Of a stretch of DNA of 28,755 bases, positions 8,263-16,753 are shown in pieces. A program made the position numbers and the translations under genes. Where the stretch lies: positions 1-28,755 of the forward strand of contig CAYTNI010000001.1 in the NCBI GenBank assembly GCA_964439115.1, written 5' to 3'. The stretch is from an uncultured Saprospiraceae bacterium. Lineage in GTDB: Bacteria > Bacteroidota > Bacteroidia > Chitinophagales > Saprospiraceae. The notes beneath the pieces are model-generated. The model saw only the letters and a program-made list of their open reading frames with translations, made no database searches and had not been told where the DNA came from. Positions within the stretch are counted from its first letter, which is position 1; every line of letters begins with the position of its first letter.

Positions 8263-8948
8263 GGTTGCAAAAATGGCAATATTTCCCTGATATGCGCCAC
8301 TTGGCGGAACCGGGGATTATCCAGTTGAATATCCAGTTTTTCATGTGCCCAGGTGATGTGGTAGGGCACATGAATTCCATGACCACCCAGTTCCAGTACA
8401 GGTAAGACATCGGATTTCAGGGAATTGCCTATCATCAGAAACTCATGAGGGTGAATGTCGAGGTGTCTGATGAGTTTGCGGTAATCATTTTCCTTCTTCT
8501 CAGACATAATCTCGATGTGGTGAAAAAACTGCTCCAAGCCTGACTTTTGGAGTTTTCTCTCCTGATCGAGCAGGTCTCCCTTTGTAGCAAGAACCAGGCG
8601 ATAGTGGCCGTGGAGCGCATGAAGGGTTTCTTCTACGCCTTCGAGAAGCTCAACGGGCTTTTCAAGCACTTCCCGCCCAAACTGGACTACCTGCTCTATT
8701 ACCTCTAAGCTGACGGTTTTTCCGGTAATACGGATGGCGGTCTCAATCATGGAGAGCATGAAACTCTTCACCCCGTAACCATACAGAGGAAGATTTTCTA
8801 TTTCGGTTTGCAACAGTTCGCGGGAGATGGAATGCGCGGGCATAAAATCCTCCAATAACGCACAAAATTTTTGTTCAGCCTCCTGATAGTTAGGTTCGTT
8901 CACCCAAAGGGTGTCATCTGCATCAAATGCAATAACTTTAAAAGACAT
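8259..8948 (-). CDS. HAD-family hydrolase (phosphatase/nucleotidase-like)
   Basis: Motif I FDADDTLW, motif II ATKGD and motif IV MIGNSLKSDV. Its stop overlaps the cat start by 4 nt (ATGA). Confidence 0.85.
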   Translation of the reverse strand: MSFKVIAFDADDTLWVNEPNYQEAEQKFCALLEDFMPAHSISRELLQTEIENLPLYGYGVKSFMLSMIETAIRITGKTVSLEVIEQVVQFGREVLEKPVELLEGVEETLHALHGHYRLVLATKGDLLDQERKLQKSGLEQFFHHIEIMSEKKENDYRKLIRHLDIHPHEFLMIGNSLKSDVLPVLELGGHGIHVPYHITWAHEKLDIQLDNPRFRQVAHIREILPFLQP

Positions 8949-8979
8949 AGCAGGAAATTAGGCAAAACAAATTGCCTTT

Positions 8980-10821
8980 TCAACGATTAAAACGATAGAC
9001 GACGCGCTCCGTCCACACACTTGCACCAACCCGAATACGCAAAAATGCCATTCCCTGTGCGGGAAGGTGTGCAGGAATATGCAGCGGAACATCATGTCGT
9101 CCTGAATCCAGATTCGCCTGACGGCTCCAGATTTGCCGGCCAAGCGGATCCAGTAAATCGAAACGAACATTTTGGCGACTTGCGAGATCAAGTTGTACGG
9201 TAAAATCACCCTCGTTGGGATTTGGGAAAATCAAAGGCCGCGGGGCATCTTCGACATCCGGCTCCTGTGTACTGACCGGAATACACTGATAAGTGGCCAC
9301 CCATCCGGGAGCGGTTACCCCGGCATCTGATTTGAAGCGAAAGGTGAGTGTTGGCCCGGTGGATTCGATGGTTCCCGGAAAATTATCCCCTGTGTATGCG
9401 CCAATCAATGGTGCAGATACAGAAGACCCATTGTAAATCCAGAGGGTATCAAAGCCGTTTTCAAGCTGGAAAGTGAAAAAAGTCAGTATGATGCGAGCAG
9501 CTCCCTGGGGAGCAATGGTATAAGTATATTGTTCGTTGTTGTAGTAATTTCCACCAGGGCCGCCGCCGTCAAACAGGGTATCTGCACAAACCTGGCTGGC
9601 GCAGTCAGTGAAATTCCGGCGCAGCAAATCCCACAGTTCCGAATAGCCGGCATCGTATCCGAGTGCCCAAATGCCAATTCCGGCCAGTCCGCGTCGCATG
9701 GCAAACTGGTATCTTCTTTCCAGCGTGTGTTCGGAATTAATGAAGCACTGCCGCCAGAGGTTTCCGGAAGGATACACAAAATAATTGGAAGCACTCTGAT
9801 AGTGATAATTACGGTTGTTATAGGTCGTACTGTTATCGCGCACTGCTTTGTAGGTGCGAGAAGAGTGAAAGTTTCCGGTGGTGCCTGAGGGTGCCTGACC
9901 GCTGGAGGTTTCCCATTCGCGGCCATAATAGGGCAATCCGAGCAGCAATTTTTGGGAGGGCACCCCTACATTTTGATAAAATGTGACAGACCGTGAGTGG
10001 TTGTAATTGTAACTTGCGGTAAAGCTATACAAGGGATCCGTAGGCCCGGCCTGGGTACTTCCACTCCAATAATAGTCGTAGCCCATAATGATGAATAAAT
10101 CCACATGAGGGCCCATGGCCGATACATTGAACACGTTACTCCAATCTACTGCAGGAAGCGCCATGGACAGTTCAGCCCCCGGAATAGCTGTTTTTAGCTG
10201 TGTGCTAAGGTCAATGATAAAAGCAGTAAGATTACCGCTTTGTGTGGCTGGCACAGCTTCGAAGTCAATATTTACGCCATGGGCGCCGCGTTGTTGGACA
10301 AGATTAATCAGGTTGGTGATGAGCGTCTGACGAGCATTGGCATTACCAAAAAAAGTGGCGTGGTTGCTGAACAGGGTCACACAGAGGTGTACCCTTACTC
10401 CATTGGCAAGCGCCTGGGTCACCACAGGCGCGGTAGCCCAGTTGTAGGTATTATTGGCATTGCCGGTATTGGGGTTCACCTCGTAGGCGAAGTAGGAAAG
10501 ATCGCTGAGCAGGCTCCAGTCATATTGGGTTTCCAACCCATTACTCCAATAGGGATGCCATCCGAAGACGCGTTTTTGAAGTTCGCAATTTTCATCGTTT
10601 TTAATAGGGGCCGGCAATCTGAGCGAGGCATTCCAGTTCTGCCAATCTTCAGCACTCCATCCGATAGACTGATAGTGTCTCCATTCCGCCTGGTGGGTGG
10701 ATTCATGTTGGGCGAAGAGCAGGGAGTTGCATGCAAAGTGTAGCATAGCGACCCCGATAACGAGGTACTTCAGGCATTTCCTCTGAATGCTGCTAACCAC
10801 ATGGAACGACTTAATATTCAT
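8980..10821 (-). CDS. T9SS-secreted glycoside hydrolase family 18 protein with CUB domain and type A C-terminal sorting domain
   Basis: Signal peptide ending LFA-Q. GH18 motifs VFGWHPYW, HGVNIDFE, IMGYDYY, LLGLPYYG and GIGIWALGYD. CUB domain: NYYNN...TIAP...LTF..FQLENGFDTLWIYNG...F.SD..V...GW.A.Y. The CTD reads IFPNP...DLLDPLGR. Confidence 0.85.
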   Translation of the reverse strand: MNIKSFHVVSSIQRKCLKYLVIGVAMLHFACNSLLFAQHESTHQAEWRHYQSIGWSAEDWQNWNASLRLPAPIKNDENCELQKRVFGWHPYWSNGLETQYDWSLLSDLSYFAYEVNPNTGNANNTYNWATAPVVTQALANGVRVHLCVTLFSNHATFFGNANARQTLITNLINLVQQRGAHGVNIDFEAVPATQSGNLTAFIIDLSTQLKTAIPGAELSMALPAVDWSNVFNVSAMGPHVDLFIIMGYDYYWSGSTQAGPTDPLYSFTASYNYNHSRSVTFYQNVGVPSQKLLLGLPYYGREWETSSGQAPSGTTGNFHSSRTYKAVRDNSTTYNNRNYHYQSASNYFVYPSGNLWRQCFINSEHTLERRYQFAMRRGLAGIGIWALGYDAGYSELWDLLRRNFTDCASQVCADTLFDGGGPGGNYYNNEQYTYTIAPQGAARIILTFFTFQLENGFDTLWIYNGSSVSAPLIGAYTGDNFPGTIESTGPTLTFRFKSDAGVTAPGWVATYQCIPVSTQEPDVEDAPRPLIFPNPNEGDFTVQLDLASRQNVRFDLLDPLGRQIWSRQANLDSGRHDVPLHIPAHLPAQGMAFLRIRVGASVWTERVVYRFNR

Positions 10822-10872
10822 GACTTATGATTTTGAAAATCAGGTGCCCCTCCTTGCTCATCCGTCAAAGCA

Positions 10873-13752
10873 TCAGTTGTTTACCACATTTCCGTCTTTA
10901 TCCAGCATGATGACATCCGCAAACCCAAGGCTTTTGAGTAGCAATGCCTGGGTAGCGGCGTCTCCCACCACGAGATAGAACATTTTCTCCGGGTCGAGAT
11001 ATTTACCGATCAGGCCTTTAGCCTGGTCGAGGGTCATGGAGAGCAACTGCTGTTCTTCCTTTTTGATAAAATCCGCCGGAAGGTCGAAGGTACTCATAGA
11101 AAGAAGGATGTTCATTTTATCCCCGAGGGTTTCAAAAGCAAGTGCATTGCTGCGCAACTGAGCCGTGCGGGTAATATCGAGGTCTTCCTGCTTGTAGTCT
11201 TCCTTATATCCGGCCAGGATTTCCCGGAAAAGTTCCACAGATTCTTTGGTTACGTTGGAACGCACGCTGGAAAATGCCGTAAAGAACCCTTGGTTGATAC
11301 GACGCGGCATAGCCGAGTTAGCCCCATAGGTATAGCCGCGTTCTTCGCGCAGACGCTGAAACAATCGGCCGGAAGTACCTGCACCGAGGCGATCATTGAT
11401 GATAGAGGCCCCGAAGAAGTCGGGATGATTACCGGCTACCAAAGGAGCACCCAGGCGGATGACAGACTGCTTAGATCCGGGAATGTCCACAAAATAAATT
11501 ACGGGTTTGTTTACAGGTTTGGCACCCTCTAAGACGGGGATAGCCACCTTTTTATCGGCCCAACCAGACTGAACACCCTTCAATGCAGCAGAAACTTGTG
11601 CAGGAGTGACAGCTCCTACCACATGGAACGCGGACACATTGGGGCTGACAAAGCGTTCGTAGTACGATTTTAAGTCTGCAATGCCTATTCGCTCCAGGCT
11701 TTCCAGGGTTCCTATAGGAGATTGGGCGAGAATATTACGCTGGCCGTACATCAGTTTGTTGAATACCGCACCTGAGATGGCATTGGGTTGGCCCGCTTGC
11801 TGCTTGATGCGGTTGAAGTTGGCCGTTTTGATGCGCTCGAACTCTTTTTCATCCCAGCGGGGCTGGAGCAGAATTTCGGTGACCAGCGCCATGACCTCAT
11901 CGAAGTTACGGGCAAGGCAGTTGCCGGAAAGACTGATAAACTCAGAGCCTGATGAGACGTTGATGGAAGCCCCAAGCTGACCGATGGCGTCCTGAAGGGC
12001 TTCGGGTGTTTTGTTTTGGGTTCCCTCCATCATCAGTTCGGCCATCAGATTGGCCACGCCGGTTTTGGCAGGGTCTTCATGCATCATCCCCCCCTTGATA
12101 CGAAGACTGAAACTGACAAGTGGCAGTTCATTATTTTCAATGCCGAATAATTTCAAGTTATTAGAGAGCGATTTAGTCCATACTTCGGGGATACGGATGA
12201 CCGGGGGAGCACCCAGTGGCGGTACTACCGTGCGGTCAATTTTAGATGGTGTGCGGGGGAATTCCGTCTCGTTTTCCTCCATAGGTGGCGCCTCTGCGCC
12301 CTGAACAATAGGTTCTTCCTCCACCTCAGCCTTTTGGGAGTTGGCCAGCGCCAGTTCAGTTTTTCCCTTAGGGACGAAGCTGGTCGCAATAAAAGGCCGG
12401 TTCCTGATGTATTTTTGATATACGCGCATCACATCCTCTTTGGTGACGGCGAGGGTTTTGGCTATATCATCCTTGAGGGCATCGGGACTGCCGGAAAATT
12501 CATTGGCGAAGGCGAGTTGGAAAGCCTTTGAAAACACGCTGGAAAGTCCATTATAGAAACTGGTTTCCAAAGAATTCTTAATGCGCTCCATATCCTTATC
12601 ATCAATGCCGGACTGTTCAAACCGGGACAGAGAGGCCATGACGCCTTCAAAGGCCTGGTCGAGATCCACGCCGGCATTCGCTCTTACCGCAATACTGAAT
12701 TCTCCGGCCACCTCCCTGGTGCGATTGAAAGCACGAGGAGAGGAGGCTACCTGCCGTGCCTCCACTAGTTCTTTGAAGAGTGGGGCCCGCTTTCCGTCAT
12801 AGAGTAATTGACCCAGATATTGAAGGGGGTAAGCGTCCGGATGACCATCCTCGACCGTAGGCCATACCAGCCTTAATTCCGGAGCTTGTGCAAAATTATC
12901 TTCATGCATCAGGCGAATTTCGGAATTGAGTACACCGGGGCGCGGCTTGAGCGAAGCGACTTCGGCCTTTGCCGGAATTTCCGAAAAATATCGGTCAATC
13001 CATTGTTTGGTTTGTGTGATATCAATATCGCCGGCGATGACGAGCGTGGCGTTATTGGGGCCATACCATTTATCGTAAAATTCCTTGACATCTTCGATGG
13101 TGGCTGCCTGGAGGTCTTCCAGACTCCCAATGACCTGCCAGTTGTAGGGATGGTCAGCGGGGTACATTGCCTTGTCTGTTACATAAGATGTATGGCCGTA
13201 AGGTACATTATCCACGCGTTGGCGTTTTTCATTCTTAACTACCTCCTTTTCGTTTTCCAAAACGGGCACCGTAACGGTGTTAATCAAAAAACCCATGCGA
13301 TCACTTTCCATCCACAGGATTTTTTCCAGCGCATCCTTTGGGAAAGTCTCGTAATACACGGTATAGTCATTGGAGGTTCCACCATTGAAATTCCCACCAA
13401 GTTCATTGATAATTTTAAAAAAATTGCCCTTTCCTACATTTTCCGAGGCCTGAAAAAGCATGTGCTCAAAAAAGTGTGCGAAGCCTGTACGGCCGGGTAC
13501 TTCACGGTTAGAACCCACGTGAAATAGGATAGACACCGCCACTACCGGGTCGGAATCATCGCGATGCAACACCACATCCATCCCATTAGGCAGGGTGTAG
13601 TGTTCGTAGGGGACTTCGAATGATGGCGATTTTTGTGAGGCAGTATCTGTGCTGCGCGCGGCAGTTGCACAGCCCGAAAGTACCCATCCCAATGTGGCCA
13701 CGAAGAGGATGGCAGTGAAAGAAAGGCGTCGGGCAAAACCTGATTTTTGCAT
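10873..13752 (-). CDS. M16 family zinc protease (insulinase/PqqL-like), predicted lipoprotein
   Basis: Inverted zinc motif HFFEH, GGNFNGGT and EKEVVKNEKRQR, then a second inactive M16 unit (GVANLMAELMMEGT) and RLREERGYTYG. The ATG at 13752 gives a signal peptide with an LSG-C lipobox. Confidence 0.9.
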   Translation of the reverse strand: MQKSGFARRLSFTAILFVATLGWVLSGCATAARSTDTASQKSPSFEVPYEHYTLPNGMDVVLHRDDSDPVVAVSILFHVGSNREVPGRTGFAHFFEHMLFQASENVGKGNFFKIINELGGNFNGGTSNDYTVYYETFPKDALEKILWMESDRMGFLINTVTVPVLENEKEVVKNEKRQRVDNVPYGHTSYVTDKAMYPADHPYNWQVIGSLEDLQAATIEDVKEFYDKWYGPNNATLVIAGDIDITQTKQWIDRYFSEIPAKAEVASLKPRPGVLNSEIRLMHEDNFAQAPELRLVWPTVEDGHPDAYPLQYLGQLLYDGKRAPLFKELVEARQVASSPRAFNRTREVAGEFSIAVRANAGVDLDQAFEGVMASLSRFEQSGIDDKDMERIKNSLETSFYNGLSSVFSKAFQLAFANEFSGSPDALKDDIAKTLAVTKEDVMRVYQKYIRNRPFIATSFVPKGKTELALANSQKAEVEEEPIVQGAEAPPMEENETEFPRTPSKIDRTVVPPLGAPPVIRIPEVWTKSLSNNLKLFGIENNELPLVSFSLRIKGGMMHEDPAKTGVANLMAELMMEGTQNKTPEALQDAIGQLGASINVSSGSEFISLSGNCLARNFDEVMALVTEILLQPRWDEKEFERIKTANFNRIKQQAGQPNAISGAVFNKLMYGQRNILAQSPIGTLESLERIGIADLKSYYERFVSPNVSAFHVVGAVTPAQVSAALKGVQSGWADKKVAIPVLEGAKPVNKPVIYFVDIPGSKQSVIRLGAPLVAGNHPDFFGASIINDRLGAGTSGRLFQRLREERGYTYGANSAMPRRINQGFFTAFSSVRSNVTKESVELFREILAGYKEDYKQEDLDITRTAQLRSNALAFETLGDKMNILLSMSTFDLPADFIKKEEQQLLSMTLDQAKGLIGKYLDPEKMFYLVVGDAATQALLLKSLGFADVIMLDKDGNVVNN

Positions 13753-13781
13753 GGCAGAAAGGATTTTTTCAAAATGAAAGA

Positions 13782-13789
13782 CAAATATA
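13782..13789 (-). promoter_or_regulatory. -7 promoter element (TATATTTG) for the M16 protease
   Basis: The plus strand reads CAAATATA, 29 nt upstream of the ATG at 13752, which supports that start over 13821. Confidence 0.55.
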
Positions 13790-13889
13790 TGCAAAACCCT
13801 TCGAACAATGCGACGATGCATCTACATCAAGTTGAGGCCCCCTTTGCCCGAAAAGAATAGAAGCATCGTTATAATATCTCTCGTTTGTA

Positions 13890-13897
13890 TAATTTTG
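13890..13897 (+). promoter_or_regulatory. -7 promoter element (TAATTTTG) for the ribF-GT2 unit
   Basis: TAATTTTGCAGC ends 7 nt before the ATG at 13905 (counting from the G of TTTG) in a divergent intergenic region. Confidence 0.65.
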
Positions 13898-13904
13898 CAG
13901 CGTC

Positions 13905-15935
13905 ATGAGAGTATTTTACGAGCTGAACGCCCTGCCGGAGTTTCGCAATGCAGTGGTAACCATAGGATCCTTTGACGGTGTACATGCCGGTCATCAGGAA
14001 ATACTGAGGCGTGTAAACCGCCTTGCACAGCAGTGCGACGGAGAAAGTATTGTTGTCACCTTTCATCCGCATCCTCGCGAAGTGATATACCCTCAGGATG
14101 ACCGCCCACTGAAGTTGCTTACCACCATCCAGGAACGAATCCAACTGTTTGAACACTACGGAGTGGACAATGTGGTAGTTGCTCCATTCACCGTGGAGTT
14201 TTCCCAGCAAAGTGCCGATGAATACATCCAAAAATTTCTCATCGGCTCCTTTCACCCGCGCTATATTGTCATAGGGTATGATCATCGCTTTGGTCTGAAC
14301 CGCTGGGGCGACATTCACTATCTGCGCGCCCATGCGGCAGCCGGTGGATTTGAAGTCCTGGAGATTGAGCCACAAACTATTGACGAACTCGCCGTTAGTT
14401 CTTCCAAAATCAGGTCAGCAGTTGAGCAAGGTAATATGCCTGCTGCCGGAAAATTATTACGACACTTTTTCCCGCTCAGCGGAGAAGTAGTACGCGGCCA
14501 GAACATTGGTATCACGCTGGGTTTTCCTACCGCCAATATTGATACCGGCGCCAAAAACAAGCTTATTCCTCCCGACGGCATCTACGCGGTTTTCGCCCAC
14601 CACCAGGGAGTGCGCTATGGAGGAATGCTCTATATCGGCACGCGACCTACACTGCCCGAATTCAACAACCGCACCATCGAAGTCCACCTTTTTGACTTCA
14701 ATCAAACCATCTACGGCCATCGCATACGGCTGGAAGTGCTGGATCGCATTCGCGACGACGCAGCCTTCCAAGGCCTTGATGATTTGCGCAGCCAACTGAG
14801 GAAAGACCAGGTTTCCGCACAGGAGGTACTCCGACGCTACGGTTGGACTGATGTGCAGGCTCGGCAACAAGCAGCCTGGCCGGAGGTCGCCATCGTCATT
14901 CTCAACTATAATGGCCGACACCACCTGGAGCATTTTCTGCCCGCAGTAAGTGCTTCTAAATATCCCAACATGCGCATCGTAGTGGCGGATAATGGATCAA
15001 CCGATGACTCCCTGGAGTTTGTCCGGCAACACTATCCTGAAATTGATTGTGTAGAAATGGGGCGTAACAGGGGCTTCGCCGAGGGTTACAACCAGGCGCT
15101 GCGAAAAGTCAATTCGCCTTATTTGGTATTATTGAATTCAGATATTGCCCCCGCCCCCGGATGGCTGCAGCCGATTATTCAACGGATGGAGAAAAACATG
15201 GGTATTGCCGTCGTTCAACCCAAAATTCTATCTTACGAAAACCGGCAGCGCTTTGAATATGCCGGTGCCTGCGGAGGATGGCTCGATGCTTTCGGGTATC
15301 CTTTCTGCCGGGGTCGGATCTTTTCGGAAACGGAAGAAGACAACGGTCAATACGATGATGCAGCCGATATTTTTTGGGCCAGCGGAGCCGCTTTCGTCAT
15401 TCGGAAAGCACTTTATGAAAAGTTTGGAGGGTTTGACGGCGATTACTTCGCCCATTCGGAGGAAATAGACCTTTGCTGGAGGCTTAAAAGGGCCGGATAC
15501 AGCATCGTTGTAGAACCGGAATCCGTAGTATATCACCTCGGCGGCGGCACCCTGGCATATAATACACCTCGAAAGACCTACCTCAATTTCCGAAATAGTT
15601 TATTTACCATCGCAAAAAATGAGCAGCTTTTTCATCTTGCCGGGCTCATTCCCCTTCGCCTTGTGTTGGATGGCCTTGCCGCCATACTCTTTTTTATCCA
15701 GGGTAAATGGAGCCATATTCTTTCCATCCTACATGCCCATTTCAGTCTTTATGCTTCCTGGATACCACTGATGCGCAAACGGAGGCAAACTGCGAACCTC
15801 ATTGAGCAGCACCGGATAAAACCGGAAGCAGACAAGGCCGGGCTGTACCCGGGAAGCATTGTCTGGCAATACTATGCCAGGAATATCCACCGCTTTCAGG
15901 ACCTCCTCAAAGTTCCGGAAAAAAAAAGCCATTAA
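13905..15935 (+). CDS. ribF: Fusion: bifunctional riboflavin kinase/FAD synthetase (aa ~1-310) + family 2 glycosyltransferase (aa ~326-676)
   Basis: RibF part: TIGSFDGVHAGH, TFHPHP, GYDHRFG, SSSKIR, GFPTAN, IGTRPT and IEVHLFDF. GT2 part: AIVILNYNG, ADNGSTD, GFAEGYN, LLNSD, WASGA, GGFD and EEIDLCWR. The frame is continuous across the junction at 14835-14880. Confidence 0.9.
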   Translation: MRVFYELNALPEFRNAVVTIGSFDGVHAGHQEILRRVNRLAQQCDGESIVVTFHPHPREVIYPQDDRPLKLLTTIQERIQLFEHYGVDNVVVAPFTVEFSQQSADEYIQKFLIGSFHPRYIVIGYDHRFGLNRWGDIHYLRAHAAAGGFEVLEIEPQTIDELAVSSSKIRSAVEQGNMPAAGKLLRHFFPLSGEVVRGQNIGITLGFPTANIDTGAKNKLIPPDGIYAVFAHHQGVRYGGMLYIGTRPTLPEFNNRTIEVHLFDFNQTIYGHRIRLEVLDRIRDDAAFQGLDDLRSQLRKDQVSAQEVLRRYGWTDVQARQQAAWPEVAIVILNYNGRHHLEHFLPAVSASKYPNMRIVVADNGSTDDSLEFVRQHYPEIDCVEMGRNRGFAEGYNQALRKVNSPYLVLLNSDIAPAPGWLQPIIQRMEKNMGIAVVQPKILSYENRQRFEYAGACGGWLDAFGYPFCRGRIFSETEEDNGQYDDAADIFWASGAAFVIRKALYEKFGGFDGDYFAHSEEIDLCWRLKRAGYSIVVEPESVVYHLGGGTLAYNTPRKTYLNFRNSLFTIAKNEQLFHLAGLIPLRLVLDGLAAILFFIQGKWSHILSILHAHFSLYASWIPLMRKRRQTANLIEQHRIKPEADKAGLYPGSIVWQYYARNIHRFQDLLKVPEKKSH

Positions 15936-15938
15936 GCC

Positions 15939-16667
15939 ATGCAACAACAACCCGAAATATTATTTCACGATGATGACGTAGTAGTAATGGCCAAACCTCC
16001 GGGGCTCCTCACTATTCCCGATCGCTTCGACACCGATAAGCCCAGTCTCCACGATGCCCTCAAGGCCGTATTTCCCAGAATTTGGACGGTACACCGATTA
16101 GACCGGGAAACCAGCGGCGTCATCGTTTTCGCCTTGAATGAAGTGGCTCATCGCGCCCTGTCTATACAATTCGAGCGCCGCACGGTAGAAAAGACGTACC
16201 TCGCCATAGTAGAAGGCGTCCCAATTCCTGAAGAAGGCACCATCGAAAAATATATAGGCCCGCATCCAGGTAAGCCAGGGCACATGACGATTATCCGCCG
16301 CGGTGGGAAATATGCACTCACCACCTACAAAGTGCAGGAAGCCTTTAGGGGATTTGCACTTGTCGAAGCAAAAATACACACCGGCAGAACCCATCAGGTT
16401 CGCGTACATCTCGCCTCCATCGGTCACCCTCTTGTTGCTGACCCGCTCTACGGGCGGAGTGATGCCCTTTTTCTCTCACAAATAAAATCCAGAGGGTTTC
16501 ATCTCGGAAAGTTTCAGGAAGAAACACCCCTGCTGCATCGCACAGCCCTTCATGCCTGGCAACTGAGTTTTGACCATCCGACCACCGGAGAAAGATTCAC
16601 TGCCGAAGCCCCCCTTCCCAAAGACCTCAGAGCCGTAGTTAACCAGCTTAGAAAATGGAAAAAGTAG
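15939..16667 (+). CDS. RluA-family pseudouridine synthase
   Basis: AKPPG, catalytic VHRLDRETSG, KTYLAIV and HTGRTHQVRVHL, DPLY, LHAWQL. No S4 domain. Confidence 0.9.
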   Translation: MQQQPEILFHDDDVVVMAKPPGLLTIPDRFDTDKPSLHDALKAVFPRIWTVHRLDRETSGVIVFALNEVAHRALSIQFERRTVEKTYLAIVEGVPIPEEGTIEKYIGPHPGKPGHMTIIRRGGKYALTTYKVQEAFRGFALVEAKIHTGRTHQVRVHLASIGHPLVADPLYGRSDALFLSQIKSRGFHLGKFQEETPLLHRTALHAWQLSFDHPTTGERFTAEAPLPKDLRAVVNQLRKWKK

Positions 16668-16753
16668 CATAACGACTCCAGAGTTCAACTGCTCCGGAAT
16701 TTTATCACACAACTAACACCCATGATTGTCGTTATTATACTATCTTTTCGCCC

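Noticed and set aside
8960-8977. AGGCAA-N6-TTGCCT hairpin after the GH18 stop
   Set aside because: Only a 6-bp stem with a weak U-tract; too little support to call a terminator.
12886-13527. 213-aa ORF on the + strand
   Set aside because: Antisense shadow of the M16 protease with no domain signature.
13753-13821. N-terminal extensions in the ORF track (M16 at 13821; also 1199 and 27618)
   Set aside because: Downstream ATGs give proper signal peptides or family N-termini, and for M16 and asnC they fit the -7 promoter positions.
14849-14853. TGATG at the RibF/GT2 junction, suggesting a coupled stop/start hidden by a frameshift
   Set aside because: The TGA and ATG are in the two other frames. 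Both domains are in the same main frame, so this does not indicate two genes.
13869-14933. 168-aa and 158-aa ORFs on the - strand
   Set aside because: Antisense to ribF; no recognisable family motifs.
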